From positions 22,458 to 86,457 of the forward strand of contig JAJDUI010000026.1 in the NCBI GenBank assembly GCA_022826745.1: DNA of 64,000 bases, in the 5' to 3' direction. Each line of letters begins with the position of its first letter. Position 1 is the stretch's first letter. A program made the translations under genes and the position numbers. Below the pieces are notes generated by a model. That model was not told where the DNA came from and searched no databases. It was given only the letters and a program-made list of their open reading frames with translations. Below are positions 1 to 11,953 of this stretch, piece by piece. The DNA is from Thermoanaerobaculia bacterium. GTDB lineage: Bacteria; Acidobacteriota; Thermoanaerobaculia; Multivoradales; Multivoraceae.

Positions 1-153
1 CAGGATGATCTCTCGCGACAACCACCGGTAGTTCACCGCCAGAGAAACGTCGATGACGGACGACAAGAAGTCGTACTGCCGCTGCAGATTGGCTGCCAGG
101 AGTCGCTGATAGGCCGGGTGTTCCTCAACCCCGACGACCTGCCGGAGAATCAC
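1..153 (-). CDS. hypothetical protein, N-terminal fragment running off the window edge
   Basis: Minus-strand frame VILRQVVGVEEHPAYQRLLAANLQRQYDFLSSVIDV... opens at a GTG (153-151) that overlaps the TGA stop of the upstream small gene (GTGA coupling). Not in the ORF track because it is incomplete. Confidence 0.3.
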   Translation of the reverse strand, partial: MILRQVVGVEEHPAYQRLLAANLQRQYDFLSSVIDVSLAVNYRWLSREIIL

Positions 154-353
154 GTACCGCTTCGCCGCAGGAGCTTCGCCACCTCTTCCCGAGTCATCTC
201 GAAGCGCGCAGGCATGTTCCCATGAACCCAGTCCACGGCGTTCTCGAACCGCTGTTCCAGCGTCAGTTCCTGCCGCGGGGCCTCTTTCAACCTCCGGACG
301 ATGGCCTTCGTCTCTGGCGTTAGTCGCTTGCCCTTGATCTTGTTCGGGGACAT
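150..353 (-). CDS. small hypothetical protein (67 aa), likely true start within the 137-aa track ORF
   Basis: Internal ATG (MSPNKIKGKRLTPETKAIVRRLKE...) is preceded by a strong SD AAGGAGGA. The N-terminal extension of the track ORF is low quality. Lies in a locally lower-GC region. Confidence 0.45.
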   Translation of the reverse strand: MSPNKIKGKRLTPETKAIVRRLKEAPRQELTLEQRFENAVDWVHGNMPARFEMTREEVAKLLRRSGT

Positions 354-716
354 TCGGGAGTCCTCCTTAGCCTCGGACCCGGCGGAAGTCAGCGGAGTTG
401 CCTTAGAGACTAGCCGACCGGAAGTCGGCACTCGTCGGCACTGGCCGCCAACAGCCAAAGCTCCGTTGTTGATTCCCAGCACACTGCCGGCCTCAGAGCA
501 GCGCTCGTGGGTTCGGCTCTTGAGTTGGTTGTGGCTCATGCCGTCCTTGGAGGCCCAGAGCAACTGGAAGAGTGCGGACCGGACGCGGAATGCCGGGAAC
601 TTATGGCAGAGCGCCTACGGAAGCGCCCTCTCTACAGACCTAGACGAGAACGGGACTCGGAACCCCGCTGCGCCAGCCGCTTGCCTGGTTTGCGATGTAG
701 TCCCCACGAGCCGCGT

Positions 717-1232
717 TCAGGCGGCGAGCCGAACGGGAAGGTTCTCCCCTGCCGGCAGGACGGGGTTGTTCCTCGCGCGAAGCTCCAACTCGACGACCCT
801 GGCTCCGAGTTCCGGCTTGGGCTCCTGCGGCAGCGAGCTATCGACCTTCCCGGCCGCCACCATCAAGCGGCCGTCAGCGAACTTCTCCTCGCCCCAAGCG
901 TCCGTGCTCTCGAAGAACTCGAGCACGCCGTCCCGGAAGGCACCGAGCGAAGCGTCCCCCGCCATGTCGTAGAGGACCGTCTGCACATCTTCCTTGTAGG
1001 CCAGGTACGCCTCGGTCACGGTCGAGCCGACCCCCGCTACACCGCCCGGCTTCAAGCCGTGCGCGATGTACTCGCCCCTTGCCTCCTTCGTCACGACGCA
1101 CGCACCGCGTAGCTCCACTCCTGCAAGCCAACCCTCGCCGACAACGGAGGTTCGGAACTTGAAGATGAGGGGATACACCATGTCGATCCCCTCGGCACGC
1201 CACTTGCTGATCAAGAGTTCAGCCTTGTCCAT
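717..1232 (-). CDS. hypothetical protein (171 aa)
   Basis: ORF starts MDKAELLISKWRAEGIDMVYPLIFKF... with non-biased composition, in a lower-GC block. No family recognised from the sequence alone. Confidence 0.45.
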   Translation of the reverse strand: MDKAELLISKWRAEGIDMVYPLIFKFRTSVVGEGWLAGVELRGACVVTKEARGEYIAHGLKPGGVAGVGSTVTEAYLAYKEDVQTVLYDMAGDASLGAFRDGVLEFFESTDAWGEEKFADGRLMVAAGKVDSSLPQEPKPELGARVVELELRARNNPVLPAGENLPVRLAA

Positions 1233-1653
1233 GGGCCAGCTTCTTGCTCCCAGGAAAGTACGAATCGGACGCGGGGGAACGCCACGGCCGCGGGCCAACC
1301 GTCAACTCTACTAGTTCTCCGGCGACAGCGGTGTCCTCTGCGGGCGCGACGGATAGACTCTACCGCCTTAGACCAAGCGGCTCGAAGCCGCCTAGGACAG
1401 CCGTCGCGAGCCGCCAGAGACGGTTCCACCGACGATGACGGAGCACGAAGCCCCGGAACCCAGATCGACTACGGCCACCCGGTCGAGCGTGCAAGTGAAC
1501 TCCAGAGTACGGAGACCCGTCCTACGCCTCAACTCCCCGGACGGAGATCAGTGGCGGCAGCGAAGACGGGCCTTATCCTGCCCTTCAGTTGCCGCAGGAG
1601 CAAGGAGAGATAGGGACAGAACCGCGACGCGGGCGCTGCGCGCCGGAGCCTGC

Positions 1654-2967
1654 TCAGACTCCCCGGATCCCCTGCATCCACTTTCCCCTGGTGCGCTTCA
1701 TCAGCTTCCGCATCTGGCGGTACTGCCGGAGCAACTGGTTCAGTTCCTGAACGGTGCGGCCGGAGCCGCGGGCGATGCGGCGGCGGCGGCTGGCGTTGAG
1801 GATCGCCGGGTTGCGCCGTTCGCGCGGGGTCATCGAGTCGATCAGCGCGGTGATGCCGACCAGGCGGCTCTCGTCCACCGCGCCCGCCAGGTTCGCGCCG
1901 CGGAAGTGACCGGGAAGCAGTTCGAGGAGCTGGGACAGCGGCCCCATGCGGCGAAGCTGCCGCAACTGGTCGCGCAGGTCCTCGAGGGTGAACTCCTGGC
2001 GGGCGATGCGCTCGGCGAGGCGCTCCGTTTCCTCGCGGTCGACGACCCGCTCGGCCTTCTCGATCAGGGACAGCACATCGCCCATGCCCAGGATGCGGGA
2101 GGCGATGCGGTCCGGCGCGAAGGACTCCAGGTCTTCGAGCTTCTCGCCGACGCCGACGAAACGGAGCGGAACCTCGGTCACGCCCCGGAGCGACAGCGCG
2201 GCGCCGCCGCGGGCGTCGCCGTCGAGCTTGGTCATCACGGCGCCGGTGAGCGGAGCGCCTTCGGCGAAGGCGGCCGCGCTCCGCACCGCGTCCTGCCCGG
2301 TCATCGCGTCGCAGACGAAGAGCGTCTCGCAGGGGTCGACGCGGTCCGCCAGCGCCACGAGTTCGGCCATCGACTCGTCGTCCACGTGCAGGCGGCCCGC
2401 GGTGTCGAAGATCAGCGTGTCGAAGCCGCCCTCACGAGCCACCGCCAGGGCACGGTTGGAGAAGGCCGGCAGATCCTCCCCGGCTGAAGGCTCGATGACC
2501 GTGGCGCCGGCCGCGGCGCCGACCTGCCTGAGCTGCTCCACCGCCGCGGCCCGCTGAAGGTCTCCGGCCGCCAGCACCGGGTTCCTGCCCTGCCCGCGGA
2601 GCCGCACCGCCAGCTTGCCGGCGGTCGTCGTCTTGCCCGAGCCCTGGAGGCCGCAGAGCAGCACCACCGCCGGCCGGTCCGTGAGCTCGAGCTCCGCCCC
2701 CGGCTCCCCCAGCACCGCGATCAGCTCATCGCGAACGATCCGGATCATCTGCTGGTCGGGAGTCAGGCTGCTCAACACCTCCTCGCCCAGCGCCAGCTCC
2801 TGGACCCGGCCGATGAAAGAGCGGACCACCCGGACGTGGACGTCTGCCTCCAGCAACGCGAGGCGGATCTGGCGCACGGCCCGCCGCACGTGATCCTCCG
2901 AGATCCGGCCTTCCGAACGCAGGGAGCGGAAGACTCCCTGGAGCTTGTCCTGCAGACCCTCGAACAT
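1654..2967 (-). CDS. ffh: signal recognition particle protein Ffh
   Basis: MFEGLQDKLQ... N domain, G domain GLQGSGKTTTAGKLA, DTAGR, TKLDGDARGG, and an M domain with the MGPLSQLL and RRRRIARGSG motifs. Start trimmed from the 727-aa ORF to the conserved MFEGL. ATGA overlap with the upstream MMPL gene. Confidence 0.93.
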   Translation of the reverse strand: MFEGLQDKLQGVFRSLRSEGRISEDHVRRAVRQIRLALLEADVHVRVVRSFIGRVQELALGEEVLSSLTPDQQMIRIVRDELIAVLGEPGAELELTDRPAVVLLCGLQGSGKTTTAGKLAVRLRGQGRNPVLAAGDLQRAAAVEQLRQVGAAAGATVIEPSAGEDLPAFSNRALAVAREGGFDTLIFDTAGRLHVDDESMAELVALADRVDPCETLFVCDAMTGQDAVRSAAAFAEGAPLTGAVMTKLDGDARGGAALSLRGVTEVPLRFVGVGEKLEDLESFAPDRIASRILGMGDVLSLIEKAERVVDREETERLAERIARQEFTLEDLRDQLRQLRRMGPLSQLLELLPGHFRGANLAGAVDESRLVGITALIDSMTPRERRNPAILNASRRRRIARGSGRTVQELNQLLRQYRQMRKLMKRTRGKWMQGIRGV

Positions 2968-5543
2968 CAGGCTCCCCGCGCCGCGCGCCGCCGCCAGCCG
3001 AGCGCCACCAGAGCCGGCAGCAGCGTGATCGAGACCAGGGCCGTGGCGACCGCGCCGAGGATGGCGACGATGCCCATGGACCGAAGTCCCGGGTAGTGCG
3101 ACAGGGCCAGCGAGCCGAAGCCGACGCTGGTCGACGCCGCCGCCAGCACGATCGCCTTGCCCGTCTCGCCCAGGGCCTCCACCAGCCGCTCGCCCTCGAG
3201 CGCCGCCGGGCCGGAGCCGACCTCGCGCCAGCGGTGCACCATGTGCACGCCGTAGTCCACGCCGATGCCGATGATCATCGTGACGACGAAGACGTTGAAG
3301 AAGTTCATGTCGATCCCGGCCAGGACCATGATCCCGAGCATCCACACGACCCCGACCGACAACGGCAGCAGGGACAGCAGGGTGCTCAGCAGCCAGCGAT
3401 AGTCCAGGAAGAGAAGCAGCGCGACCAGGACGAAGCCGAGGATCGAGGCGGTGACGGCGTCGACCCGGATGCCGTTCCGGAGCCTCTCGCCTACCACGTT
3501 GACGCCCGACAGCGCCGCCTGGGGACCGAGGCGCTCGACCATCTCCGAAGCCCCGGGCGGCGCGCTGCGGCGCCACTGACCCGGTGGCGGATACAGGTAG
3601 ACGACGAGCTTCGGCTCGCTCTCGTTCCGGCTCATGTAGCGCTCCAGCAACCGCTCTATCCGCGGGTCGGTACGGAGCGAGGACAGCGTCACCATGGTTC
3701 GGTCCGCCGCGGCGTCGGCGAGGAGGTCGATGCCCGCCTGGAACGGCGCCGCCCGAAGACCCTCTTCCGTCGCGTACCGCTCGAACAGGGACTGCAGCCG
3801 CTGCCGCTCGAAGACGTCCCGACGCTCGTCCAGCCACTCGTGCGCCGCCGCCTGCCGGGCCGGCAGCGGAACCAGGCTGCCGATGCCGTTCACGCCGGTC
3901 AGGATGCCGCTGTCGACGAGGGCTCCGGCCTCCTCTTCGGCCCGGTGCGAGAGCTCCATGACTTCCTGCTCCGTCGCGCCCGTAAGCACGACCATCGTCG
4001 GCCGGAGCCCCGAGCCGAAGTACTCGGACACCTCGTCCTCGACCTCGACGCCCGGGTTCCCCTCCGGGCGGAGCTCCCGGATCGCGTCCTCGAACTCCAG
4101 CCGGGGAGCGATCGCGCCGGCGGCCGCGGTGACCGCCACGCAGCAGCAGATCACGGCGACCGGCCGCTCGAAGCTCCAGCGCACGAGGCGGCGAGCGCCC
4201 AGCCCGTGGAGAACCAGCCGGGGCTGCCTTCCCGAAGCCGGGCGGTGATCTTCCCGCCAGGCGAGCATGGCCGGCAGCAGCAGGAGCACCGAGACCATGC
4301 AGAACAGGATGCCGGTGCCGGTCAGCAGACCCATCTGGCGAAGCCCCACGAAGTCGGTCACCAGGAACGCGTAGAACGTCGCCGCCGTGGTGATCGCACC
4401 GGTCCAGACCGCCCTGCCCGAGGAGCGGCTCATCGCCACCAGCGCCGCTTCCAGGCCGGCGCCCCGGCGCCGTTCCTCGACGTAGCGGCCGTAGGAGACG
4501 ATGACGAAGTCGATCCCGAGGCCGACCAGGAGCGCCGCGAAGCCGCTGGTCAGTGCGTTCAGCTCACCCAGCACCGTGCCGGCGAAGCCGAAGGCGAGCA
4601 CCAGGCCAAAGGCGAGCGGAACGAAGGCATAGGCGATGAGGCCGACGCGCCGGAACGCGAGAGCGAACAGGAGCAGGACGCCGATCAGCGAAGTGGCCAT
4701 GTTCGAGATCAGCCCCGTCACGATCGTGCCCGCGTCCGAGACCGCCGTCACATAGGTGCCGCCGAAGGCCACCTCGGGGAGCGGCAGCAGTTCGCCGTCC
4801 CGGTCCTCGCCTCCGATCTCGGGCCAGCGCCTCCCGAGGTCGGCGGCCAGGGCTTCCACCTCCGCCAGCAGCCGGCGGCCGAACTCGACCTCCTGCGCCG
4901 GTTCGGCCGGCCGCGCGATCAGGAGCGCGCGCGACCGGTCGTCGGACAGGAAGTAGCCCGTCGCCCAGTCGAAGGGCGGGCCGCCGCGGGTGAGTTCGAA
5001 CTGATCGAGGAACACCTCGTGGATGCCCAGCGGATCGAGCAGGAACAGTTCGCGAAGCGCCAGGCCCTCCGGCGTGGCCAGCCGGCGGCTCAGCTCCTCG
5101 ACCTTCCGCCTGAGCCCGTCATCGGTCAGCCGACTCGCCACCTCCTCGCGGCCCTTCTCGTCGAGATAGACGAACGCGTGGGCGAAGAAGGTCTCGGCCA
5201 GCTCCTCCACATCCAGGGTGTAGTCGACGTAGTCGATCTCCTCGAGCGCCTCCATCGAGGAGCCGAGCTCCTCCACGAACGACAGGTACGGATCGAGCGG
5301 CACGTCCGGCGGCAGCCGGACCAGGACGAGCAGGTAGTCCAGGCTGCCGAAGTCCTCGATGGTCGACCGGAAGGTCGTGACCACCGGGTCGTCCTTCGGC
5401 AGCAGATTCAGGATCTCCGTGTCGAACCGGAGTCGCGTCGCCGACCACACGGAGAGGACGACCAGCACGGCCCCGGCCAGGAACACGGCCCGATGGCGGC
5501 GCCGGGCGAAGGCGGCCAGCCAGGCCAGGACGGACCGGATCAT
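2967..5543 (-). CDS. MMPL/RND-family membrane transporter (HpnN-like exporter)
   Basis: 858 aa with two ~6-TM sterol-sensing/MMPL-type halves (GIDFVIVSYGRY..., GIGVDYGVHMVHRW...) and large periplasmic loops. Start MIRSVLAWLAAF chosen to avoid overlap with pgsA. Confidence 0.82.
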   Translation of the reverse strand: MIRSVLAWLAAFARRRHRAVFLAGAVLVVLSVWSATRLRFDTEILNLLPKDDPVVTTFRSTIEDFGSLDYLLVLVRLPPDVPLDPYLSFVEELGSSMEALEEIDYVDYTLDVEELAETFFAHAFVYLDEKGREEVASRLTDDGLRRKVEELSRRLATPEGLALRELFLLDPLGIHEVFLDQFELTRGGPPFDWATGYFLSDDRSRALLIARPAEPAQEVEFGRRLLAEVEALAADLGRRWPEIGGEDRDGELLPLPEVAFGGTYVTAVSDAGTIVTGLISNMATSLIGVLLLFALAFRRVGLIAYAFVPLAFGLVLAFGFAGTVLGELNALTSGFAALLVGLGIDFVIVSYGRYVEERRRGAGLEAALVAMSRSSGRAVWTGAITTAATFYAFLVTDFVGLRQMGLLTGTGILFCMVSVLLLLPAMLAWREDHRPASGRQPRLVLHGLGARRLVRWSFERPVAVICCCVAVTAAAGAIAPRLEFEDAIRELRPEGNPGVEVEDEVSEYFGSGLRPTMVVLTGATEQEVMELSHRAEEEAGALVDSGILTGVNGIGSLVPLPARQAAAHEWLDERRDVFERQRLQSLFERYATEEGLRAAPFQAGIDLLADAAADRTMVTLSSLRTDPRIERLLERYMSRNESEPKLVVYLYPPPGQWRRSAPPGASEMVERLGPQAALSGVNVVGERLRNGIRVDAVTASILGFVLVALLLFLDYRWLLSTLLSLLPLSVGVVWMLGIMVLAGIDMNFFNVFVVTMIIGIGVDYGVHMVHRWREVGSGPAALEGERLVEALGETGKAIVLAAASTSVGFGSLALSHYPGLRSMGIVAILGAVATALVSITLLPALVALGWRRRAARGA

Positions 5544-5598
5544 GGCCGCCGCCCCGCGCCGGCGAGAGGGAGCGCGGGCGCGGCCGGGGAGCGCACCG

Positions 5599-6231
5599 TC
5601 ATTGCTCCGGGGATGCCCCGAACGCTTCGAGCACACGCCGGCCGTTGCGCACGAAGTACTCGATGCCGGAGTAGAGCGTCGCGACCAGGGCCACCCACAG
5701 CGACACGGGCGCCAGCAGGTCGAACGAACCGAGCTGGTCCGAGATGATCAGCAGCGAGATGGCGACGATCTGGGTCACCGTCTTCACCTTGCCCGCGAAG
5801 CTCGCCGCGAGGACGACGTCCTGGGCCGCCGCCAGCGAACGCAGCGACGAGACCGCGAACTCGCGCGCGATGACGACGACGACCATCCAGGCGGGCGCCA
5901 GGCCGAGACCGACCAGCGAGATGAAGGCGGCCGAGGTGAGGATCTTGTCCGCCGCCGGGTCGAGCAGCTTGCCGAGCGCGGTCACCTCCTTGCGCCGGCG
6001 GGCGAGGAAGCCGTCCAGGAAGTCGGTCAGCGAAGCGACCAGGAACAGTCCCAGGCCGATGAATTCCCGGCCCTCGATCTGCGTCAGCAGGACGACGACG
6101 AGCAACGGGACGATCAGGATACGGCTGAGCGTCAGCGCGTTCGGCAGGTTGAGCCCGGCGCGCAGCAACGCCCCCGTCGCGGGCCGCTGCCGTTCCGCTT
6201 CCCGCCCGGTCACGTTTCCTGCCTCCGGCAC
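5599..6231 (-). CDS. pgsA: CDP-diacylglycerol--glycerol-3-phosphate 3-phosphatidyltransferase
   Basis: NLPNALTLSRILIVPL... and DGFLARRRKEVTALGKLLDPAADK match the CDP-alcohol phosphatidyltransferase signature. Confidence 0.8.
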   Translation of the reverse strand: MPEAGNVTGREAERQRPATGALLRAGLNLPNALTLSRILIVPLLVVVLLTQIEGREFIGLGLFLVASLTDFLDGFLARRRKEVTALGKLLDPAADKILTSAAFISLVGLGLAPAWMVVVVIAREFAVSSLRSLAAAQDVVLAASFAGKVKTVTQIVAISLLIISDQLGSFDLLAPVSLWVALVATLYSGIEYFVRNGRRVLEAFGASPEQ

Positions 6232-6233
6232 CC

Positions 6234-8872
<2,639 letters not shown>

Positions 8873-8879
<7 letters not shown>

Positions 8880-9397
8880 GAGCTCTGGTCCTGCATCTCC
8901 CGCTCCGCGGCCGCGTCGTCGGCCGCGTCGAACAGGACGGCGCCAATAGTACGGGGAAGGAAGCCCCGGCGTTCGAGGTGCCGGGCCAGGGCGGCGGTAT
9001 CGCGGGAAGGATGACTCGACCGGAAGCGTGCCGCCACGCCCGCTGCCCGCTCCAGTTCGTCCTCGTCGTCCACCGCCTCGAGCGCCGCACTGGCCGCCGC
9101 CTCGTCCGCGCCACGCCTCCGCAGATCGAGTTCGAGCCGCCGCCGGCCGTAGCCCCGGCGCTTGAGCGACCGCACGAGCATGTGGGCGGTCTCCCCTTCG
9201 TTCAGGTGACCGCCATCCGTCAGCCGTTCGACCGCGCTCTCCACCTCGGCCGCCGTGTAGCCACGCTGCCTGAGCTTCGCCCCCAGTTCGGCCGCGAAGT
9301 GCGCGCGTCGCGCCAGCAGATCGAGCGCGCGGTCGTACGCCGGCTTCGGCGCCCGCTTTCGACTGGGCGTTCTTCGAGTGGATTGGGATTTCCGCAC
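8873..9397 (-). CDS. recX: regulatory protein RecX
   Basis: 174 aa RecX-like three-helical-repeat protein (AYDRALDLLARRAHFAAELGAKLRQRGY...), placed immediately upstream of alaS as in the canonical recA-recX-alaS arrangement. Confidence 0.75.
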
Positions 9398-9425
9398 GTC
9401 ATTCCTCCAGCGGAGGATAGCGCCG

Positions 9426-10112
9426 TCACGACGTGGCGGTCAGGGCAACGGCGAGCGCGGCCACCGCGGCCGTCTCTGTCCGCAGCACACGGGGTCCGAG
9501 GTGCGCCGGAATCGCCCCACGTCCGGCCAGTTCCTCCATCTCCCGCTCGCTGAAGCCGCCCTCGGGGCCCACCACGACCGCTTCCGCCGATCCCGCGACG
9601 GCCATGAACGGCGTCGCGGCGCCGGGATGCAGCGCCACCGACCCGGCCCCGATCGGCGCCTCCCCGAGCGGGACCGGCGCGCCGATCTCGGGCAGCCAGG
9701 CGCCGCCGCTCTGTTCGAGCGCCGACTTCGCGACCCGGCGCTGACGCTCCAGAGCCCGTTCCGGCAAGGAACGGCTGGTGCGCTCCGAGACGAGCCACCG
9801 CAGCTCGCGCAACCCCAGTTCCGTCGCCTTCTCGACCAGCCAGGCCGCACGCTCCGGGCGCACGGCGGCCACGAACAGCGCCACGCGCCGGGGCGGCTCG
9901 AACACCGGCGCCGCGCCTTCGACCCGCAGCACCGCCCGCCGCGCGGTCACCTCGTCCACCACCGACCAGCGAGCCGCTCCGCGGCCGTCGACGAGGCGCA
10001 CCCGGTCGCCGACCTTCAGCCGGCGCGCTCGGAACAGATGGCGATAGTCGGCGCCTTCGACCTCGACCGTTCCACGGGCGAGATCACAGGCTTCGGCCAG
10101 TAAATGGATCAT
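9426..10112 (-). CDS. rsmE: 16S rRNA (uracil1498-N3)-methyltransferase RsmE
   Basis: 228 aa with a PUA-like N-terminus and a SPOUT C-terminus (VVVGPEGGFSEREMEEL...IPAHLGPRVLRTETAAVAALA). Confidence 0.85.
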   Translation of the reverse strand: MIHLLAEACDLARGTVEVEGADYRHLFRARRLKVGDRVRLVDGRGAARWSVVDEVTARRAVLRVEGAAPVFEPPRRVALFVAAVRPERAAWLVEKATELGLRELRWLVSERTSRSLPERALERQRRVAKSALEQSGGAWLPEIGAPVPLGEAPIGAGSVALHPGAATPFMAVAGSAEAVVVGPEGGFSEREMEELAGRGAIPAHLGPRVLRTETAAVAALAVALTATS

Positions 10113-10122
10113 GTCCGAGGGT

Positions 10123-11292
10123 TCAGGCCTCGGAACCTCGCTCCGCCTTCCCGCCGCCGCCGGCCGCGGGATCCGTGTCCGGCTCGTGTCCGGAGAAGAG
10201 GTCCTTCACTCGGCTGAACAGGCCCCGCTCGTCGCGGATCGTGCCGCCGCCGTCGCCGGAGAGTTCGGCCAGCGCCCGCAGGTGCTCGAGCTCATCCTCG
10301 GAGAGGTCCCGCGGCCTCGGCACGTTGAGCCGCACCTCGACAACGTGGTTCCCGCGGCCGCGGCCATCGATCCGGGGAATTCCCTCGGACCGCAGCACGA
10401 AGGTCGAACCGTGGGGGGTCGCCGGCGGAACCTCCAGTTCGGACGTGCCATGGAGGGTCTCCACGTCCACCGTGCAGCCGAGAACCGCCTGCGGAAAGCC
10501 GATGGTGACCGAGCTCAGGACGTCGGCATCGCGCCGGCTGAACCGTTCGTGCGGCTCGACTCCGATCACCACGTAGAGGTCGCCCGGAGGACCGCCGTTC
10601 CGGCCATGCTCCCCCTCGCCGGGAAGTCGGAGGCGGGAACCGGTATCGACGCCGGCAGGCACCCGAACCTGGATCGAACGCTGCCGCTCTCTCCGCCCCT
10701 GACCCCGGCAGTCAGGGCAGGGATCCCGGATCACGCTGCCCGCTCCGCGGCAGTCGGGACAGGTGCGGGCGACGGAGAAGAAGCCCTGGCTGTACTGGAC
10801 CTGACCGCGGCCGCCGCACATGCGGCAGGTGATGGGACCGGACCCGGGGGCCGCGCCGCTGCCGCCGCAGGTGTCGCAGCGCTCGAGCCGCGGAATGCGC
10901 AGCTTCGGCTCCACTCCGAAGGCCGCCTCCTCGAACGAGATCCGCAGGTCGTAGCGAAGATCCGCACCCGCGCGCCGGCGGCGGCCGCCGGTGCGTCCGC
11001 CGAAGCCGAAGACGTCTCCCAGGATGTCCGAGAAGTCGGCGAAGATCGTGGGGTCGAAGCCGCCGCCGCCCGGAGTGGCCTGGTGCCCGAAGCGGTCGTA
11101 GCGTTGCCGCTTGTCGGCATCCGAGAGCACGGCGTACGCGTCGGCCGCCTCCTTGAACTTCTCTTCGGCGGCGCTGTCGCCCGGGTTGCGATCGGGGTGG
11201 TAGCGGACGGCCAGCTTGCGATACGCCGACTTGATCTCCTGCAGGGTTGCCGAACGGTCGAGGCCCAGGACCTCGTAGTAGTCACGCGGCAT
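10123..11292 (-). CDS. dnaJ: chaperone DnaJ
   Basis: J domain MPRDYYEVLGLDRSATLQEIKSAYRKLAVRYHPDRN, a G/F region, and four CxxCxGxG zinc-finger repeats. Confidence 0.94.
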   Translation of the reverse strand: MPRDYYEVLGLDRSATLQEIKSAYRKLAVRYHPDRNPGDSAAEEKFKEAADAYAVLSDADKRQRYDRFGHQATPGGGGFDPTIFADFSDILGDVFGFGGRTGGRRRRAGADLRYDLRISFEEAAFGVEPKLRIPRLERCDTCGGSGAAPGSGPITCRMCGGRGQVQYSQGFFSVARTCPDCRGAGSVIRDPCPDCRGQGRRERQRSIQVRVPAGVDTGSRLRLPGEGEHGRNGGPPGDLYVVIGVEPHERFSRRDADVLSSVTIGFPQAVLGCTVDVETLHGTSELEVPPATPHGSTFVLRSEGIPRIDGRGRGNHVVEVRLNVPRPRDLSEDELEHLRALAELSGDGGGTIRDERGLFSRVKDLFSGHEPDTDPAAGGGGKAERGSEA

Positions 11293-11300
11293 GACGCGTC

Positions 11301-11939
11301 TCAGGCGCCGCCGCCGGCCGCCGCATCCGCCTCAGCCCCGGCGTCCTCCTCGACGCTGGCTTCCCGCGAAGCCGCCGGTGACGACGGCACGGCGACCCGG
11401 ACCATCGCCGCGCGCAGCAGCCGCGACTCCATCGTGTAGCCGGTCTGCAACTCCTGCACGACGGTGGGCTCCTCGACATCGGCGCTCTCCTCCCGCGCCA
11501 CCGCCTGGTGGACGTTCGGATCGAAAGGCGCGTTCACACCCTCCACCGGCTCGACGGCGAACCGTCGCAGGAGGTCCGCCATCTGACGCCGGATCATCTC
11601 GACGCCGGCGCGCAGATCGTCCGCCGACGCCTCGGCCTGAAGCGCCCGGTCCAGGTTGTCGACCACGCCGAGGAACTCGCGCAGCGGGCCGGCAGCCGTG
11701 TTCCAGCGCGACTCGAGCCGCTCCCGCTCGGCGCGCTTGCGCAGATTGTCGAACTCGGCCGCGGCGCGCCGCAGCCGGTCGACTTCCTCGCTCGCCGCCG
11801 CGAGTTCGGCCCGAAGCTCGCCTTCCGTGTCCGGCGCGCCGCCGTCATGATCCGCCGGGGTCTCCCCGCCGGCGAGTGTCTCGCCGCGGTCCTGGTCCTC
11901 CACGTGAGAGTCCGGGCTCTCCTTCGCCTCGATCGTCAT
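11301..11939 (-). CDS. grpE: nucleotide exchange factor GrpE
   Basis: 212 aa GrpE fold (RAAAEFDNLRKRAERE..., VQELQTGYTMESRLLRAAMVRVAV). Confidence 0.9.
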   Translation of the reverse strand: MTIEAKESPDSHVEDQDRGETLAGGETPADHDGGAPDTEGELRAELAAASEEVDRLRRAAAEFDNLRKRAERERLESRWNTAAGPLREFLGVVDNLDRALQAEASADDLRAGVEMIRRQMADLLRRFAVEPVEGVNAPFDPNVHQAVAREESADVEEPTVVQELQTGYTMESRLLRAAMVRVAVPSSPAASREASVEEDAGAEADAAAGGGA

Positions 11940-11953
11940 CGCTTGAGTCCCTG

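Noticed and set aside
1298-1654. 356-nt non-coding gap downstream of ffh examined for tRNA, SRP RNA or tmRNA (GGCTCGAAGCC-like T-arm motif)
   Set aside because: The candidate hairpin has a 5-nt loop, not a 7-nt T-loop. No acceptor or D-arm geometry, no SRP domain-IV motif, and no tag-peptide frame.
1654-3837. 727-aa ORF including a 283-aa N-terminal extension on Ffh
   Set aside because: The extension is Arg/Gly/Pro-rich junk overlapping the MMPL gene. Conserved Ffh begins at MFEGL (2967).
3096-5747. 883-aa plus-strand ORF antisense to the MMPL gene. Similar long antisense ORFs lie at 32548-35331 (927 aa) and 38760-42431 (1223 aa)
   Set aside because: Extremely R/A/G/P/D-rich low-complexity translations, opposite to well-supported conserved genes. 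A typical stop-codon-depletion artefact of 70% GC DNA.
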